The notes below the pieces were generated by a model, which searched no databases, had not been told where the DNA came from, and saw only the letters and a list, made by a program, of their open reading frames with translations. The position numbers and the translations under genes were made by a program. A DNA stretch of 64,000 bases from Octopus sinensis (taxonomy: Eukaryota): positions 15,562,001-15,626,000 of the forward strand of contig NC_043012.1 in the NCBI RefSeq assembly GCF_006345805.1, given 5' to 3'. This document shows, in pieces, positions 63,618 to 64,000 of the stretch; the first letter of the stretch is position 1, and each line of letters starts with the position of its first letter.

Positions 63618-63670
63618 TATCAGACCAATTTCAGGGTTAGCTCATAACAGCCCTCCCTTCGTCAGTGATA
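63618..63670 (-). ncRNA. Type-I hammerhead ribozyme motif with canonical core and GUC triplet
   Basis: TATCA-CTGACGA-AGGG-ag-GGCT-gttatg-AGCT-aa-CCCT-GAA-ATTGGT-C-TGATA. Confidence 0.75.
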
Positions 63671-63924
63671 CATGTGGCAAAAGAAATAAATGAGATACTT
63701 ACTCATACCCATGGAAGAAGCAAACACTAAATCATGAGCACAATTAAGTACCCCAAATACATCCAAAATAGAAATACTCCAGCCCATTCAAGACATGTGC
63801 AATTTGAACTGAGGCCCTCACAGAGTGAGGGAGTCCGGAAGTGAACGCTTAAACTTATATCTATCTAATGTAGGATAAAATGTTTTTCAAAAAAAAATTC
63901 CTTTTGAAAAAAATTTTATCAATG

Positions 63925-64000
63925 GCCAGCATATTAAAAAATACCTTTAAAGGTTAAATTTATAAATTTAACCTTTCAAGGTATTTTTTAATATGCTGGC
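63925..64000. repeat. Loopless palindrome reaching the window edge
   Basis: 63925-63962 vs 63963-64000, 1 mismatch. Confidence 0.9.

Overview
Eukaryotic, AT-rich, repeat-dense genomic DNA. The SINE/RTE repeat families, long (TA)n/(GAT)n tracts and large C2H2 gene suggest a coleoid cephalopod (Octopus-like); this is my recognition, not a database result. Two host genes are visible, both on +. (1) An uninterrupted 2117-aa ORF (1298-7651) with 25 zinc fingers in six spaced clusters, each capped by a C2HC finger; five clusters reuse the same 3-finger cassette. (2) A spliced gene rebuilt from three phase-compatible exons (52993-53101, 56207-56318, 62739-63186) that ends in the start of an extended-Tudor-like domain and continues past the window. 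The rest is transposon debris: a Helitron helicase remnant, two mariners, a Tc1-like element, an RTE LINE, many tRNA-derived SINEs, hAT- and piggyBac-type MITEs, a foldback-like element, SINE-derived satellites, microsatellites and a 100-N gap. Hand folding shows minimal type-I hammerhead ribozyme motifs in four unrelated repeat families; one is a head-to-head palindrome of tRNA-SINE heads, each fused to a hammerhead. A short antisense 28S rRNA fragment lies just upstream of the zinc-finger ORF, and a 140-bp copy of its linker lies downstream. No CRISPR or prokaryotic features. All alignments and folds were done by eye.
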